Below, one piece after another: positions 13,401-28,724 of a stretch of DNA of 64,000 nt. The notes below the pieces were generated by a model, which saw only the letters and a list, made by a program, of their open reading frames with translations, did no database searches and was not told the origin of the DNA. The position numbers and the translations under genes are program-made. Within the stretch, counting starts at the first letter, position 1, and each line of letters opens with the position of its first letter. Origin of the DNA: Eledone cirrhosa (Eukaryota); contig OZ024740.1 of NCBI GenBank assembly GCA_964016885.1, positions 109,368,001 through 109,432,000 on the forward strand. The letters run 5' to 3'.

Positions 13401-16400
13401 TTAGTCCACACAGCACCATACCACACTACACCACACTACACCACACCACACTACACCACACTACACCACACAGCACCATACCACACTACACCACACTACA
13501 CCACACAGCACCATACCACACTACACCACACAGCACCATACCACACTATACCACGCAGCACCATACCATACCACACCACACCATACCACACTACACCACA
13601 CTACACCACACTACACCACACAGCACCATACCACACTACACCACACCACACAGTACCATACCACACTACACCACACAGCACCATACCACACTACACCACA
13701 CAGCACCATACCACACTACACCACACAGCACCATACCACACTACACCACACAGCACCATACCACACTACACCACACAGCACCATACCACACTACACCACA
13801 CAGCACCATACCACACTACACCACACAGCACCATACCACACTACACCACACTACACCACACTACACCACACAACACGGCACCACACAGCACTATACCACA
13901 CAGCACTATACCACACTACACTACACCACACTACACTACACCACACCACACAGCACCATACCACACTACACCACACCACACAGCACCATACCACACCACA
14001 CTACACCACACCACACCACACTACACCACACTACACCACACCACACTACACCACACTACACCACAGTACACCACACTACACCACACAGCATAGCACCATA
14101 CCACACTACACCACACAGCACGATACCACACTACACCATAGAGCACCATACAACACTACACCACACAGCACGATACCACACTACACCATAGAGCACCATA
14201 CAACACTACACCACACCACACAGCACCATACCACACAGCACCATACCACACAGCACCATACCACACAGCACCATACCACACAGCACAGTACCACACAGCA
14301 CCATACCACACAGCACCATACCACACAGCACAGTACCACACAGCACCATACCACACAGCACCACGCCACACAGCACCACACCACACTACACCACACAGCA
14401 CATATACCACACTACACCACACTACATCACACAGCACCACACCACACTACACCACACAGCACCATACAACACTACACCACACTACACCATACCACACTAC
14501 ACCATACCACACAGCACCATACCACACTACACCACACAGCACCATACCACACTACACCACACAGCACCATACCACACAGCACCATACCACACAGCACCAT
14601 ACCACACAGCACCATACCACACAGCACCATAACACACAGCACCATAACACACAGCACCATAACACACAGCACCATACCACACAGCACCATACCACACAGC
14701 ACCATACCACACTACACCATACCACACAGCACCACACAGCACCATACCACACTACACCATACCACACTACACCACACAGCACCATACCACACTACACCAT
14801 ACCACACTACACCACACAGCACCATACCACACTACACCACACAGCACCATACCACACTACACCACACAGCACCATACCACACTACACCACACAGCACCAT
14901 ACCACACTACACCACACAGCACCATACCACACTACACCACACAGCACCATACAACACTACACCACACAGCACCATACCACACTACACCACACTACACTAC
15001 ACTACACCACACTACACCACACTACACCACACTACACTACACCACACAGCACCATACCACATTAGTCCACACAGCACCATACCACACTTCACCACACCAC
15101 ACTACACCACACTACACCACACAGCACCATACCACACTACACCACACTACACCACACAGCACCATACCACACTACACCACACAGCACCATACCACACTAT
15201 ACCACGCAGCACCATACCATACCACACCACACCATACCACACTACACCACACTACACCACACTACACCACACAGCACCATACCACACTACACCACACCAC
15301 ACAGCACCATACCACACTACACCACACAGCACCATACCACACTACACCACACAGCACCATACCACACTACACCACACAGCACCATACCACACTACACCAC
15401 ACAGCACCATACCACACTACACCACACAGCACCATACAACACTACACCACACAGCACCATACCACACTACACCACACTACACTACACTACACCACACTAC
15501 ACCACACTACACCACACTACACCACACTACACTACACCACACAGCACCATACCACATTAGTCCACACAGCACCATACCACACTTCACCACACCACACTAC
15601 ACCACACTACACCACACAGCACCATACCACACTACACCACACTACACCACACAGCACCATACCACACTACACCACACAGCACCATACCACACTATACCAC
15701 GCAGCACCATACCATACCACACCACACCATACCACACTATACCACACTACACCACACTACACCACACAGCACCATACCACACTACACCACACCACACAGC
15801 ACCATACCACACTACACCACACAGCACCATACCACACAGCACCACACAGCACCATACCACACTACACCACACAGCACCATACAACACTACACCATACAGC
15901 ACCATACCACACTACACCACACAGCACCATACCACACTACACCACACAGCACCATACCACACTACACCACACAGCACCATATAACACTACACCACACTAC
16001 ACCACACAACACGGCACCACACAGCACTATACCACACAGCACTATACCACACTACACTACACCACACCACACAGCACCATACCACACTACACCACACCAC
16101 ACAGCACCATACCACACCACACTACACCACACCACACCACACTACACCACACTACACCACACCACACTACACCACACTACACCACACTACACCACACTAC
16201 ACCACACTACACCACACAGCATAGCACCATACCACACTACACCACACAGCACGATACCACACTACACCATAGAGCACCATACAACACTACACCACACCAC
16301 ACAGCACCATACCACACAGCACCATACCACACAGCACCATACCACACAGCACAGTACCACACAGCACCATACCACACAGCACAGTACCACACAGCACCAT

Positions 16401-19400
16401 ACCACACAGCACCACGCCACACAGCACCACACCACACTACACCACACAGCACATATACCACACTACACCACACTACACCACACAGCACCACACCACACTA
16501 CACCACACAGCACCATACCACACTGCACCATACCACACTACACCATACAGCACCATACAACACTACACCACACTACACCATACCACACTACACCATACCA
16601 CACAGCACCATACACACTACACCACACAGCACCATACCACACAGCACCATACCACACAGCACCATACCACACAGCACCATACCACACAGCACCATACCAC
16701 ACAGCACCATACCACACTACACCACACAGCACCATACCACACTACACCACACAGCACCATACCACACTACACCACACAGCACCATACCACACTACACCAC
16801 ACAGCACCATACCACACTACACCACACAGCACCATACCACACTACACCACACAACACCATACCACACTACTCCACACAGCACCATACCACACTACACCAC
16901 ACTACACCACACCACACCACACCACACCATACCACACCACACTACACCACACCACACCACACTACACCACACAGCACCATACCACACCACACCATACCAT
17001 ACCACACCACACCACACCATACCACACCACACCACACCATACCACACCATACCACACCATACCACACTACACCACACAGCACCACACTACTCCACACAGC
17101 ACCATACCACACCATACCACACTACACCACACTACACCACACTACACCACACTACACCACACTACACCACACCACACCACACTACACCACACAGCACCAT
17201 ACCACACTACACCACACAGCACCATACCACACAGCACCATACCACACCATACCACACTACACAGCACCATACCACACTACACCACACAGCACCATACCAC
17301 ACTACACCACACAGCACCATACCAAACTACTCCACACAGCACCATACCACACCACACCATACCATACCACACCACACCACACCATACCACACCACACCAC
17401 ACCATACCACACCATACCACACCATACCACACTACTCCACACAGCACCACACTACTCCACACAGCACCATACCACGCTACACCATACCACACTACTCCAC
17501 CATACCACACCATACCACACTACACCACACTACACCACACTACACCACACTACACCACACTACACCACACTACACCACACTACACCACACTACATCACAC
17601 TACACCACACTACACCACACCACACCACACTACACCACACTATACCACACCACACTACACCACACCACACTACACCACACCACACTACACCACACCACAC
17701 TACACCACACAGCACCATACCACACTACACCACACGGCACCATACCACACTACACCACACAGCACCATACCACACCATACCACACTACACCACACAGCAG
17801 CATAACACACTACACCACACTACTCCACACAGCACCATACCACACCACACTACACCACACAGCACCATACCACACCACACTACACCACACCACACTACAC
17901 CACACTACACCACACTACACCACACTACACCACACTACACCACACTACACCACACTACACTACACCACACAGCACCATACCACACTAGTCCACACAGCAC
18001 CATACCACACTTTACCACACTACACCACACTACACCACACAGCACCATACCACACTACACCACACTACACCACACAGCACCATACCACACTATACCACAC
18101 AGCACCATACCATACCACACCACACCATACCACACTACACCATACCACACTACACCACACCACACCACACTACACCACACCACACTACACCACACCACAC
18201 TACACCACACCACACTACACCACACCACACTACACCACACCACACACACTACACCACACTACATCATTAAGTACCACACTACACCATACCACACTACACC
18301 ACACAGCACCATACCACACAGCACCATACCACACAGCACCATACCACACAGCACCATACCACACAGCACCATACCACACAACACCATACCACACTACACC
18401 ACACAGCACCATACCACACTGCACCACACAGCACCATACCACACTACACCACACAGCACCATACCACACTACACCACACAGCACCATACCACACTACACC
18501 ACACAGCACCATACCACACCACACTACACCACACAACACCATACCACACCACACTACACCACACAACACCATACCACACTACACCATACCACACCACACC
18601 ATACCACACTACACCACACCACACTACACCACACCACACCACACCACACCATACCACACAACACCACACCACACTACACCACACCACACCACACTACACC
18701 ACACAGCACCATACCACACTACACCACACAGCACCATACCACACTACACCACACAGCACCATACCACACTACTCCACACAGCACCATACCACACTACACC
18801 ACACAGCACCATACCACACTACTCCACACAGCACCATACCACACTACTCCACACAGCACCATACCACACCACACCATACCATACCACACCATACCACACC
18901 ACACCATACCACACCATACCACACCATACCACACTACACCACACAGCACCACACTACTCCACACAGCACCATACCACGCTACACCATACCACACTACTCC
19001 ACACAGCACCATACCACACCATACCACACTACACCACACTACACCACACTACGCCACACTACACCACACTACGCCACACTACACCACACTACACCACACT
19101 ACGCCACACTACACCACACTACACCACACTACATCACACTACACCACACTACACCACACCACACTATACCACACCACACTACACCACACCACACTACACC
19201 ACACCACACTACACCACACCACACTACACCACACAGCACCATACCACACTACACCACACGGCACCATACCACACTACACCACACAGCACCATACCACACC
19301 ATACCACACTACACCACACAGCAGCATAACACACTACACCACACTACTCCACACAGCACCATACCACACCACACTAAACCACACAGCACCATACCACACC

Positions 19401-22386
19401 ACACTACACCACACCACACTACACCACACTACACCACACTACACCACACTACACTACACCACACAGCACCATACCACACTAGTCCACACAGCACCATACC
19501 ACACTTTACCACACTACACCACACAGCACCATACCACACTACACCACACTACACCACACAGCACCATACCACACTATACCACACAGCACCATACCATACC
19601 ACACCACACCATACCACACTACACCATACCACACTACACCACACCACACCACACTACACCACACTACACCACACCACACTACACCACACCACACTACACC
19701 ACACCACACTACACCACACTACACCACACCACACTACACTACACCACACCACACTACATCATTAAGTACCACACTACACCATACCACACTACACCACACA
19801 GCACCATACCACACAGCACCATACCACACAGCACCATACCACACAGCACCATACCACACAACACCATACCACACTACACCACACAGCACCATACCACACT
19901 ACACCACACAGCACCATACCACACAGCACCATACCACACTACACCACACAGCACCATACCACACTACACCACACAGCACCATACCACACTACACCACACA
20001 GCACCATACCACACCACACTACACCACACAACACCATACCACACTACTCCACACAGCACCATACCACACTACACCATACCACACCACACCATACCACACT
20101 ACACCATACCACACCACACCATACCACACTACACCACACCACACCACACTACACCACACCACACCACACCATACCACACAACACCACACCACACTACACC
20201 ACACCACACCACACTACACCACACAGCACCATACCACACTACACCACACAGCACCATACCACACTACACCACACAGCACCATACCACACTACTCCACACA
20301 GCACCATACCACACCACACCATACCATACCACACCACACCACACCATACCACACCACACCATACCATACCATACCACACCATACCACACTACACCACACA
20401 GCACCACACTACTCCACACAGCACCATACCACACCATACCACACTACACCACACTACACCACACCACACTACACCACACTATACCACACCACACTACACC
20501 ACACCACACTACACCACACCACACTACACCACACCACACTACACCACACTACACCACACAGCACCATGCCACACTACACCACACAGCACCATGCCACACC
20601 ATACCTCACTACACCACACAGCAGCATAACACACTACACCACACTACTCCACACAGCACCATACCACACCACACTACACCACACAGCACCATACCACACT
20701 ACACCATACCACACTACACCATACCACACTACACAACACTACACCATGCCACACTACACCACACTACACCATACCACACTACACCACACTACACCACACA
20801 GCACCATACCACACTACACCACACAGCACCATACTACACTACACCACACAGCACAATACCACACTACACCACACAGCACAATACCACACTACACCACACA
20901 GCACCATACCACACTACACCACACAGCAGCATACCACACTACACCATACCACTACACCACACAGCACCATACCACACTACACCACACAGCACCATACCAC
21001 ACCATACCACACAGCACCATACCACACCATACCACACTACACCACACAGCACCATACCACACCATACCACACTACTCCAGACAGCACCATACTACACCAT
21101 ACCACACTACTCCAGACAGCACCATACTACACCACACCACACTACACCACACAGCACCATACCACACTACACCATACAACACTACACCATACTACACCAT
21201 ACAACACTACACCACACAGCACCATACCACACTACACCACACAGCACCATACAACACTACACCACACAGCACCATACCACACTACACCATACAACACTAC
21301 ACCACACAGCACCATACCACACTACACCACACAGCTCCATAACACACTACACCACACAGCACCATACCACACTACACCACACAGCACCATACCATACCAC
21401 ACTACACCACACAGCACCATACCACACTACACCACACAGCACCATACCACACTACACCACACAGCACCATACAACACTACACCACACAGCACCATACCAC
21501 ACTACACCATACAACACTACACCACACAGCACCATACCACACTACACCACACTACACCATACAACACTACACCACACAGCACCATACCACACTACACCAT
21601 ACAACACTACACCACACAGCACCATACCACACTACTCCACACAGCACCATACAACACTACACCACACAGCACCATACCACACTACACCATACAACACTAC
21701 ACCACACAGCACCATACCACACTACACCACACAGCACCATACCAGACTACTCCACACAGCACCATACCACACTACACCACACAGCACCATACAACACTAC
21801 ACCACACAGCTCCATACCACACAGCACCATACCACACTACACCACACAGCACCATACCACACTACACCATACCACACTACACCACACAACACCATACCAC
21901 ACTACACCACACAGCACCATACCACACAGCACCATACCACACTACACCACACAGCACCATGCCACACTATACCACACTACACCACACAGCACCATACCAC
22001 ACAGCACCATACCACACTACACCACACAGCTCCATACCACACTACACCATACAACACTTCTCCACACAGCACCATACCACACTACACCACACAGCACCAT
22101 GCCACACTATACCACACAGCACCATACCACACTACACCATACAACACTACTCCACACAGCACCATACCACACTACTCCACACAGCACCATACTACACCAT
22201 ACCACACTACACCACACATCACCATACCACACTACACCACACAGCACCATGCCGCACTACACCACACTACACCACACATCACCATACCATACTACACCAC
22301 ACAGCACCGTACCACACTACACCACACATCACCATACCATACTACACACACAGCACCATGCCACACTACACCACATCACACCACAA
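10440..22386. repeat. ~12-kb pentamer-based satellite (CACCA/CACTA/TACCA/CACAG) with higher-order blocks
   Basis: 5-bp register kept almost throughout; 15- and 25-bp sub-periods; rare markers recur at kb spacing. Confidence 0.97.
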
Positions 22387-22547
22387 ATAGATATTTTAAG
22401 AATTAAATTCTTTCAAACTAACAGGTAATTAGTGCCAGTAATCAATTGATACACTTGTTAACGAATTCATATTAAGTTCTTTATTCCCATATCAGCAATT
22501 CATAGTTTGTCACATTTATTGCTTTGATTGTTTTTTGTTTGTTTGTA

Positions 22548-22755
22548 TCATAATAATAATAATGGAATTATTATGTACAGTGCTCAGGTGCACTACAACT
22601 CGTCAAAGGTGCATGTATATTACATAGAATAATATACAAATGTCAGGGAAGTGAATAGTGTATGTCATGATATACGTGTGTGTGTATGGAGGGGGAATAT
22701 TAGGTGTAGTGTTGGTGAATCTCGGGAGGCATGGAGGTTTTAAAGGATGCATGTA
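22548..22755 (-). mobile_element. 3' end of a LINE (CR1-like) with (ATT)n tail
   Basis: Minus strand reads ASFKTSMPPEIHQHYT*, a ~140-nt UTR, then ttattattatta; clade from recall. Confidence 0.5.
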
Positions 22756-22990
22756 CATGTGTGTGTGTATGTGTTTGTGTGTGTATATGTGTGTGTATTA
22801 GTAATTAACTTTCCACAAACAATGTTTTAATTAGCAACCTTAAGTGTGATGATGAAAATCTATTAACAAGGTTTTTTTAACCTAATCCTTTCTAACAATA
22901 ATACATTTTTCCACAGGAAAGTTTAGATTGTGTGTAGGGTGTGTATTGTGAGCAGGGAAAATGGATATGAAATAACTCACACACACACAC

Positions 22991-23421
22991 CGTTTAACGT
23001 CCATCTTCCACGCTAGCATGGGTCTGGACGGGAATTGTCCCACTTGAGGCAAGATTGGTCGCCTCGCTCGTATGGGAGTGTCTGGGGGGTTTTCTATGGC
23101 TGGATGCCCTTCCTAACACCAACCACATTAACAGTGTGGACTGGGAGGTTTTTACCGTGTTACCTACACGGCCACATTACAGCGTTGACTGTTTTTTTGT
23201 CATCACACCTACACAACCTCATTTATTTAGGACTGGATGTTGTGGTACCAACATAACTTTATATCGAAAGGGGTGGTGTGGATGGGGGTACGGGTAGTGG
23301 GACGGGGGTGTAATTTGGTTGAGGTGTCTACTGACTAGGTTTCGCTTTGTACTTAGGCAAGGCGAGTCTTCTGTATTACTGTGTAGCGCCAAAGATCACG
23401 GTCCAGTGACATTGTCTTGGA
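22991..23421 (-). mobile_element. 3' end of RTE LINE (subfamily of 24815-28686)
   Basis: Reverse complement aligns to ~28250-28680, including the pseudoknot modules. Confidence 0.9.
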
Positions 23422-23835
23422 CGCACGCACGCACGTGCAAATATACACACACACATACAAATATACACACACACACATACAAATATACACACACACACAT
23501 ACAAATATACACACACACATACAAATATACACACACACACATACAAATATACACACACACACATACAAATATACACACACACACATACAAATATACATAT
23601 ACACATACAAATATACACACACACATACAAATATACACACACACATACAAATATACACATACAAATATACACACACACGTACAAATATACATATACACAT
23701 ACAAATATACATATACACATACAAATATACATATACACATACAAATATACATATACACATACAAATATACATATACACATACAAATATACATATACACAT
23801 ACAAATATACATATACACATAATCAAATACATATA
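23422..23835. repeat. (CACATACAAATATA..)n compound micro/minisatellite
   Basis: ~20-bp units acaaatatacatatacacat and longer CA variants. Confidence 0.95.
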
Positions 23836-23950
23836 ATCAGTTCCTGTATGAGCAAGGCATGGTCAGCCGACCAGACACTGACCACAACAGGACAACCCAT
23901 CTAACCCATGCTAGCATGGAAGAACGGACGTAAAACGATGAGGATGATGA
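23836..23950 (+). mobile_element. Short RTE 3' tail insertion
   Basis: Matches 24689-24803; ends aaaacgatgaggatga then (TA)n. Confidence 0.85.
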
Positions 23951-23987
<37 letters not shown>

Positions 23988-23989
<2 letters not shown>

Positions 23990-24805
23990 CTAGGGTAAGA
24001 ACAGGATGGAAGAAGTTTAGGGAACTACTACCACTGCTAGCTGCAAAAGGCTTCTCCCTCAGAATGAAAGGCAGACTGTATGATGCGTGTATCCGAACAG
24101 CAATGTTGCATGGTAGTGAGACCTGGGCGCTGAAGGTGGAAGACTTACGTAGATTAGAGAGAAACGAAGCCTGCATGCTCCGATGGATGTGTAACAGTAA
24201 TATACGTGAACGACAAAGCATAAATGAATTGAGAGAGACTGAGCATAAGAGGTATCAAATGCTGTGTGCAGGAGAGGCAGTTGCGCTGGTATGGACATGA
24301 TGCGTATGAAGGATGACAGCTGCATAAAAAGGTGCAGAGCACTAGAAGTTGATGGAAACCGCAGAGTGGGGAGACCCAAGATGACCTGGGATGAGGTGAT
24401 AAAAGCCGACCTTACCCAATTACACCTCTCAAAGGCAATGACACACGACCGTGACTTCTGGCGTCACGCAATAATACACAGTACCCGACCTCCCATGGGT
24501 ACAAGCTGAAGCATATAGACAATATGCCCCCACCCCCCCCACCGCAAGGTGGCCGTGGAGGTGCCACGGCAAAAAAGCACCCAGCCCACACCGTAAAGTA
24601 GACGTGTAGGCGCCACGAAAAAGCACCCAGCACTCACTGTAAATGAGGTTGGTGTTAGGAAGGGCATCCAGCTGTAGAAATCAAGCCAAATCAGTTCCTG
24701 TATGAGCAACGCATGGTCAGCCGACCAGACACTGCCCACAACAGGACAACCCGTCTAACCCATGCTAGCGTGGAAGAACGGACGTAAAACGGTGATGATG
24801 ATGAT
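23988..24805 (+). mobile_element. 5'-truncated RTE LINE (C-terminal ORF and 3' UTR)
   Basis: RVRTGWKKFRELLPLL..KGRLYDACIRTAMLHGSETW..LERNEACMLRWMC..GRPKMTWDEV; (GAT)n tail; (TA)n on both sides. Confidence 0.92.
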
Positions 24806-25307
24806 ATATATATACTATCCCCCCCCCTCTTTATCACATACGTGCCTGTTGGTCTCTCTCTTGATCACTCCCTACTCGCACCAAATATAAATAAACCTGT
24901 TACGAGGTACGAATCTCAGAATTTGTCAACTCTTAATAATGGTCAGTCCACTTCTACGAAATGTAATGTAAAAATACCATTTTCTTCTTCTCATCCTTCG
25001 GTTCATTCATCCATATATCTGTATAATCGTCCAGAATCCAATCCTGCTTTCTCAATCCTATTCTATAATTCTGTCTGGCTGTTCTAAATAATCTTTTGTA
25101 TTTTAAAATCCCAGTATATCGCTTATTACTGTTATATGCTCTATTTAAAACCTTCTCCTCGCTAACTACCCTATAACCCTCCCACCCGCCCCCACTCACC
25201 ATTATTATTTGGACCAATCATAAGTCAGCGGCCTATACTATCACATAACCCCAACCCCTTCCCCCTCACCCCTCCCCGTGTCCCACCCACCAAACGCAAT
25301 CCAAAAC

Positions 25308-28300
25308 TTCAGAGTTGGTACCATGAATGTAGGCACCTTAAAAGGTCGCTCAAACGAAGTTGTAGAAATGCTTGAACGTAAGGAGGTTGATGTTTGCTGT
25401 GACCAGGTGGAAGGGCGGGTCTGCTAGATTCATTGTGGGTAAAAAACGATGCTATAAGCTTTTCTGGGTGGGAAATGACAATGGGCTGGGTGGGGTAGGA
25501 ATCATGTTAGCAGAAAAATGGGTGGATAAGATAATAGACGTAAATAGAGTGAACGACAGAATAATTAAAATAAGACTTGTTTTAAATAGAACTACTGTGA
25601 CAGTAATATCTGCGTACGCACCCCAATCCGGACTGCCTGGCGCTATAAAAGACATATTCTATGAGACACTGATGCTCACTACCTCCCAAATAACCGACTG
25701 ACTATATAATTATTGCTGGCAACCTAAATGGTCACGTTGGACAACATTGTGATGGCTATGACGGAATCCATGGAGGCTATGGGTTTGGTACTAGAAATGA
25801 GGAAGGCTCCAGAATCCTGGAATTCTGTGACGCAAGGAACCTAACTATCTGTAACACTACCTTCAAAAAACGAGACAATCACTTGATCACCTACAGATCA
25901 GGGGAACATACCAGCCAGGTAGATTATATCCTTACCAGAAGACGTGACAGTGTCTGTTGTAAACACTAAATCCCTCCCCCATGAAGAATGCACCTCTCAA
26001 CATACTCATAATTAGCGACCTCATAGTCAGGACGAGACGTACTCGACAACAGAAGAGGACTATCCTCAGGAGAAAAATATGGAAGCTAAAGGACCCCACA
26101 ACCAGTAATAAATTTAAGAGCATATTACTTGATGCTTTCGACAGTAAGGAAGAGCAATTAGTCGTACAATATAGAGGAACAGTGGTAATTCCTGAAAGCA
26201 AACCTGCTGATGGCGGCAGATGAAGTCTGTGGCTGGAGCAGGCCTATAGGCAGGAGGAGAGTAACGTGGTGGTGGAACAGTAAGGTGGAGGAGTCAATTA
26301 AGGCCAAAAAGCAGGCTTGGAAAGTATGGCGGGATGGGGGAAGTAGAGAAGACTATCAAGTGGCCAGGAGGGAAGCTAGGAGACAAGTGTACTTCGCAAG
26401 AAGGGAAGCAGAGGAAAGAAAGTTCAAGCATGTTCTACAACGTGAGGACCAAAAACGTGAGGTGTTCAGGATTGCTAGACAATGTGTCAAGGAGAACCGT
26501 GATATTGTCGGGGAGAAGTGTGTCCTAAATGATGATGGTGTACTTGCCATCACTGACGCTGATAAGAAGGTAGCTTGGAAGTGTCACTACGAAAGGCATT
26601 TAGTAAATGAGGAGAATAAATGGGCGCAAGACAGTCTCCCCCACATCGATCCAATAGAGGGACCAGCAGTGTTAGTCGAAGGTAGTATAATAAGTAAGGC
26701 AATCAAAGATATGAAGACGAGTAAGGCGGCTGGGCCTTCGGAAATAGTTGCTGAAATGCTGAAAGCTTCTGGAACGGTGGGGCACACTATGGTCACCCGG
26801 ATAGTAAACCAAGTCATACAGAATGGGGTTGTTCCGAAGGACTGGCGTAGCAGCATCATCATTAACTGCTACAAGGGTAAAGGAGATGCCCTAGATAGGT
26901 GTAACTATAGAGGCATTAAATTAATCGGCCAGGTAATGAAGGTCACAGAAAAAGTAATAGCGCAACTAATCAGAGAGCGAATTGATCTAGATGAAATGCA
27001 GTTCGGGTTTGTGTCAGGTAAAAGTACCACAGACGCTCTTTTCATTGTACGACAACTACAGGAGAAGTACCTAGCTAAAAGTAAACCCCTATACTTAGCT
27101 TTTGTCGACTTGGAGAAAGCCTTTGACAGTCCCCCGTTCCATTATCTGGTGGGCTCTTAGAAAACTAGGTGTTGATGAATGGCTTGTGAGAGCTATACAA
27201 GCCATGTATAAAGAAACAGTCAGCAAGGTTAGAATTAACAACGAATATAGTGAAGAGTTTAGTGTAAAAGTTGGTGTTCATCAGGGCTCCGTTCTTAGCC
27301 CCCTACTATTTATTATTGCCCTTCAGGCTATAACAGAGGAGTTCAAGACCGGCTTCCCATGGGAACTCCTATACGCAGATGATCAAACGCTTATAGCTGA
27401 ATCAATGGCCGAACTAGAGAAGAAATTCCAAACATGGAAGCATGGCCTAGAATCAAAAGGCCTTAAAATTAACCTGTCTAAGACTAAAGTTCTAGTTTGT
27501 AGGAAGGAATATAGGGCACCGGTCCCATCCGGGAAATGGCCATGCTCAGTGTGTAGGAAAGGAGTAGGCAGAAACTCTATTTTATGTCCCAAATGCAAAG
27601 TATGGGTGTATAAAAGATGTAGTGGGATCACAGGTAAGCTAACTAAGAATATAGATTTTATATGTGGCCGGTGCAATAAGTAGCAGCAAGTGCCCACTGA
27701 ATACTAACTCAGTCCATTGCACAGATGGTTCTATAGAAATAGTGGACACCTTCCGTTACTTGGGTGACAAAATCAGCAGTGGTGGAGGGTGCTCTGAAAG
27801 TACAGTAGCTAGAGTCAGAACGGGATGGAAAAAGTTCAGAGAGCTTATACCACTATTAGCCGCTAAAGGGTTCTCTCTAAAAATGAAAGGCAGGCTGTAT
27901 GATGCCTGCATACGAACAGCAATGTTACATGGCAGTGAGACGTGGGCATTGTGTGCAGAGGATATACGCAGACTGGAGAGGAACGAAGCTTGCATGCTCC
28001 GCTGGATGTGTAATAATAATATACGTGAACAGCAAAGCATAAACGAACTAAGGGAAAAATTAGAAATAAGAGGGATCAGATGTTTACTCGAGAGAAGACT
28101 ACGTTGGTATGGTCACGTGATGCGCATGAAAGACGACAGCTGTATAAAAAAGTGCAGGGCAATAAAAATATACGGTAGCCACGGAGTAGGCAGACCCAGA
28201 AAAACCTGGGACGACCTGATAAATTCCGACCTCACACACTTACACCTTTCCAAGACAATGTCACTGTATCCGAGATCTTTGGCACTACACAGTCATACAG

Positions 28301-28329
28301 AAGTCCCGCCTTACCTAAGTACAAAGTGA
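25308..28329 (+). pseudogene. RTE ORF (AP endonuclease + reverse transcriptase), frameshifted
   Basis: FRVGTMNVGTLKGRS; VISAYAPQ; IIAGNLNGHVG; TYRSG..SQVDYIL; KAAGP; YKGKGDALDRCNYRGIKL; QFGF; FVDLEKAFD; GVHQGSVLSPLLF; YADD at 27372-27383; FRYLG; split over at least 5 ORF pieces. Confidence 0.93.
27543..27674 (+). other. PHD-type zinc finger (C4HC3) coding segment inside the RT
   Basis: C-x2-C-x10-C-x2-C-x4-[H>Y here]-x2-C-x14-C-x2-C; His retained (VHKRC) in the copies at ~9290-9410 and ~62450-62580. Confidence 0.8.
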
Positions 28330-28683
28330 AACCTATTACAGTCAGTAGGCACCTCTAACAAAAATACACCTCCGTCCCACTACCGCACACCACCCCTTTC
28401 AATGTAAAGTTATGTTGGTACCACAACATCCAGTCCGAAACAAATGAGGTCGTGTAGGTGTCACGACAAAAAAAAACACAGTCCACGCTGTAATGTGGCC
28501 GTGTAGGTATCACGGTAAAAACCTCCCAGTCTACACTGTAAATGTGGTTGGTGTTAGGAAGGGCATCCAGCTGTAGAAAACCCTCCAGACAGTCCTATGC
28601 GAGCAAGACAACCACTCTTGCCTCAAGTGGGAAAACTCCCGTCCAAACCCATGCAAGCGTGGAAGATGGACGTTAAACGATGA

Positions 28684-28724
<41 letters not shown>

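Larger units (their letters stand above)
24815..28686 (+). mobile_element. Near-full-length decayed RTE-clade LINE
   Basis: Putative pyrimidine-rich 5' region (start uncertain), APE endonuclease, RT, PHD finger, C-terminal region, ~360-nt 3' UTR, (GAT)n tail; (TA)n on both sides. Confidence 0.93.

Noticed and set aside
11493-22428. His/Thr-rich and Trp/Cys/Val-rich ORFs
   Set aside because: Translations of the pentamer satellite
24815-25300. HDV-like ribozyme or separate ORF1 at the RTE 5' end
   Set aside because: No nested double pseudoknot or credible ORF found by eye
28249-28262. RTE sequence tccaagacaatgtc as the seed of the 19-bp satellite
   Set aside because: The match is too short to distinguish from chance
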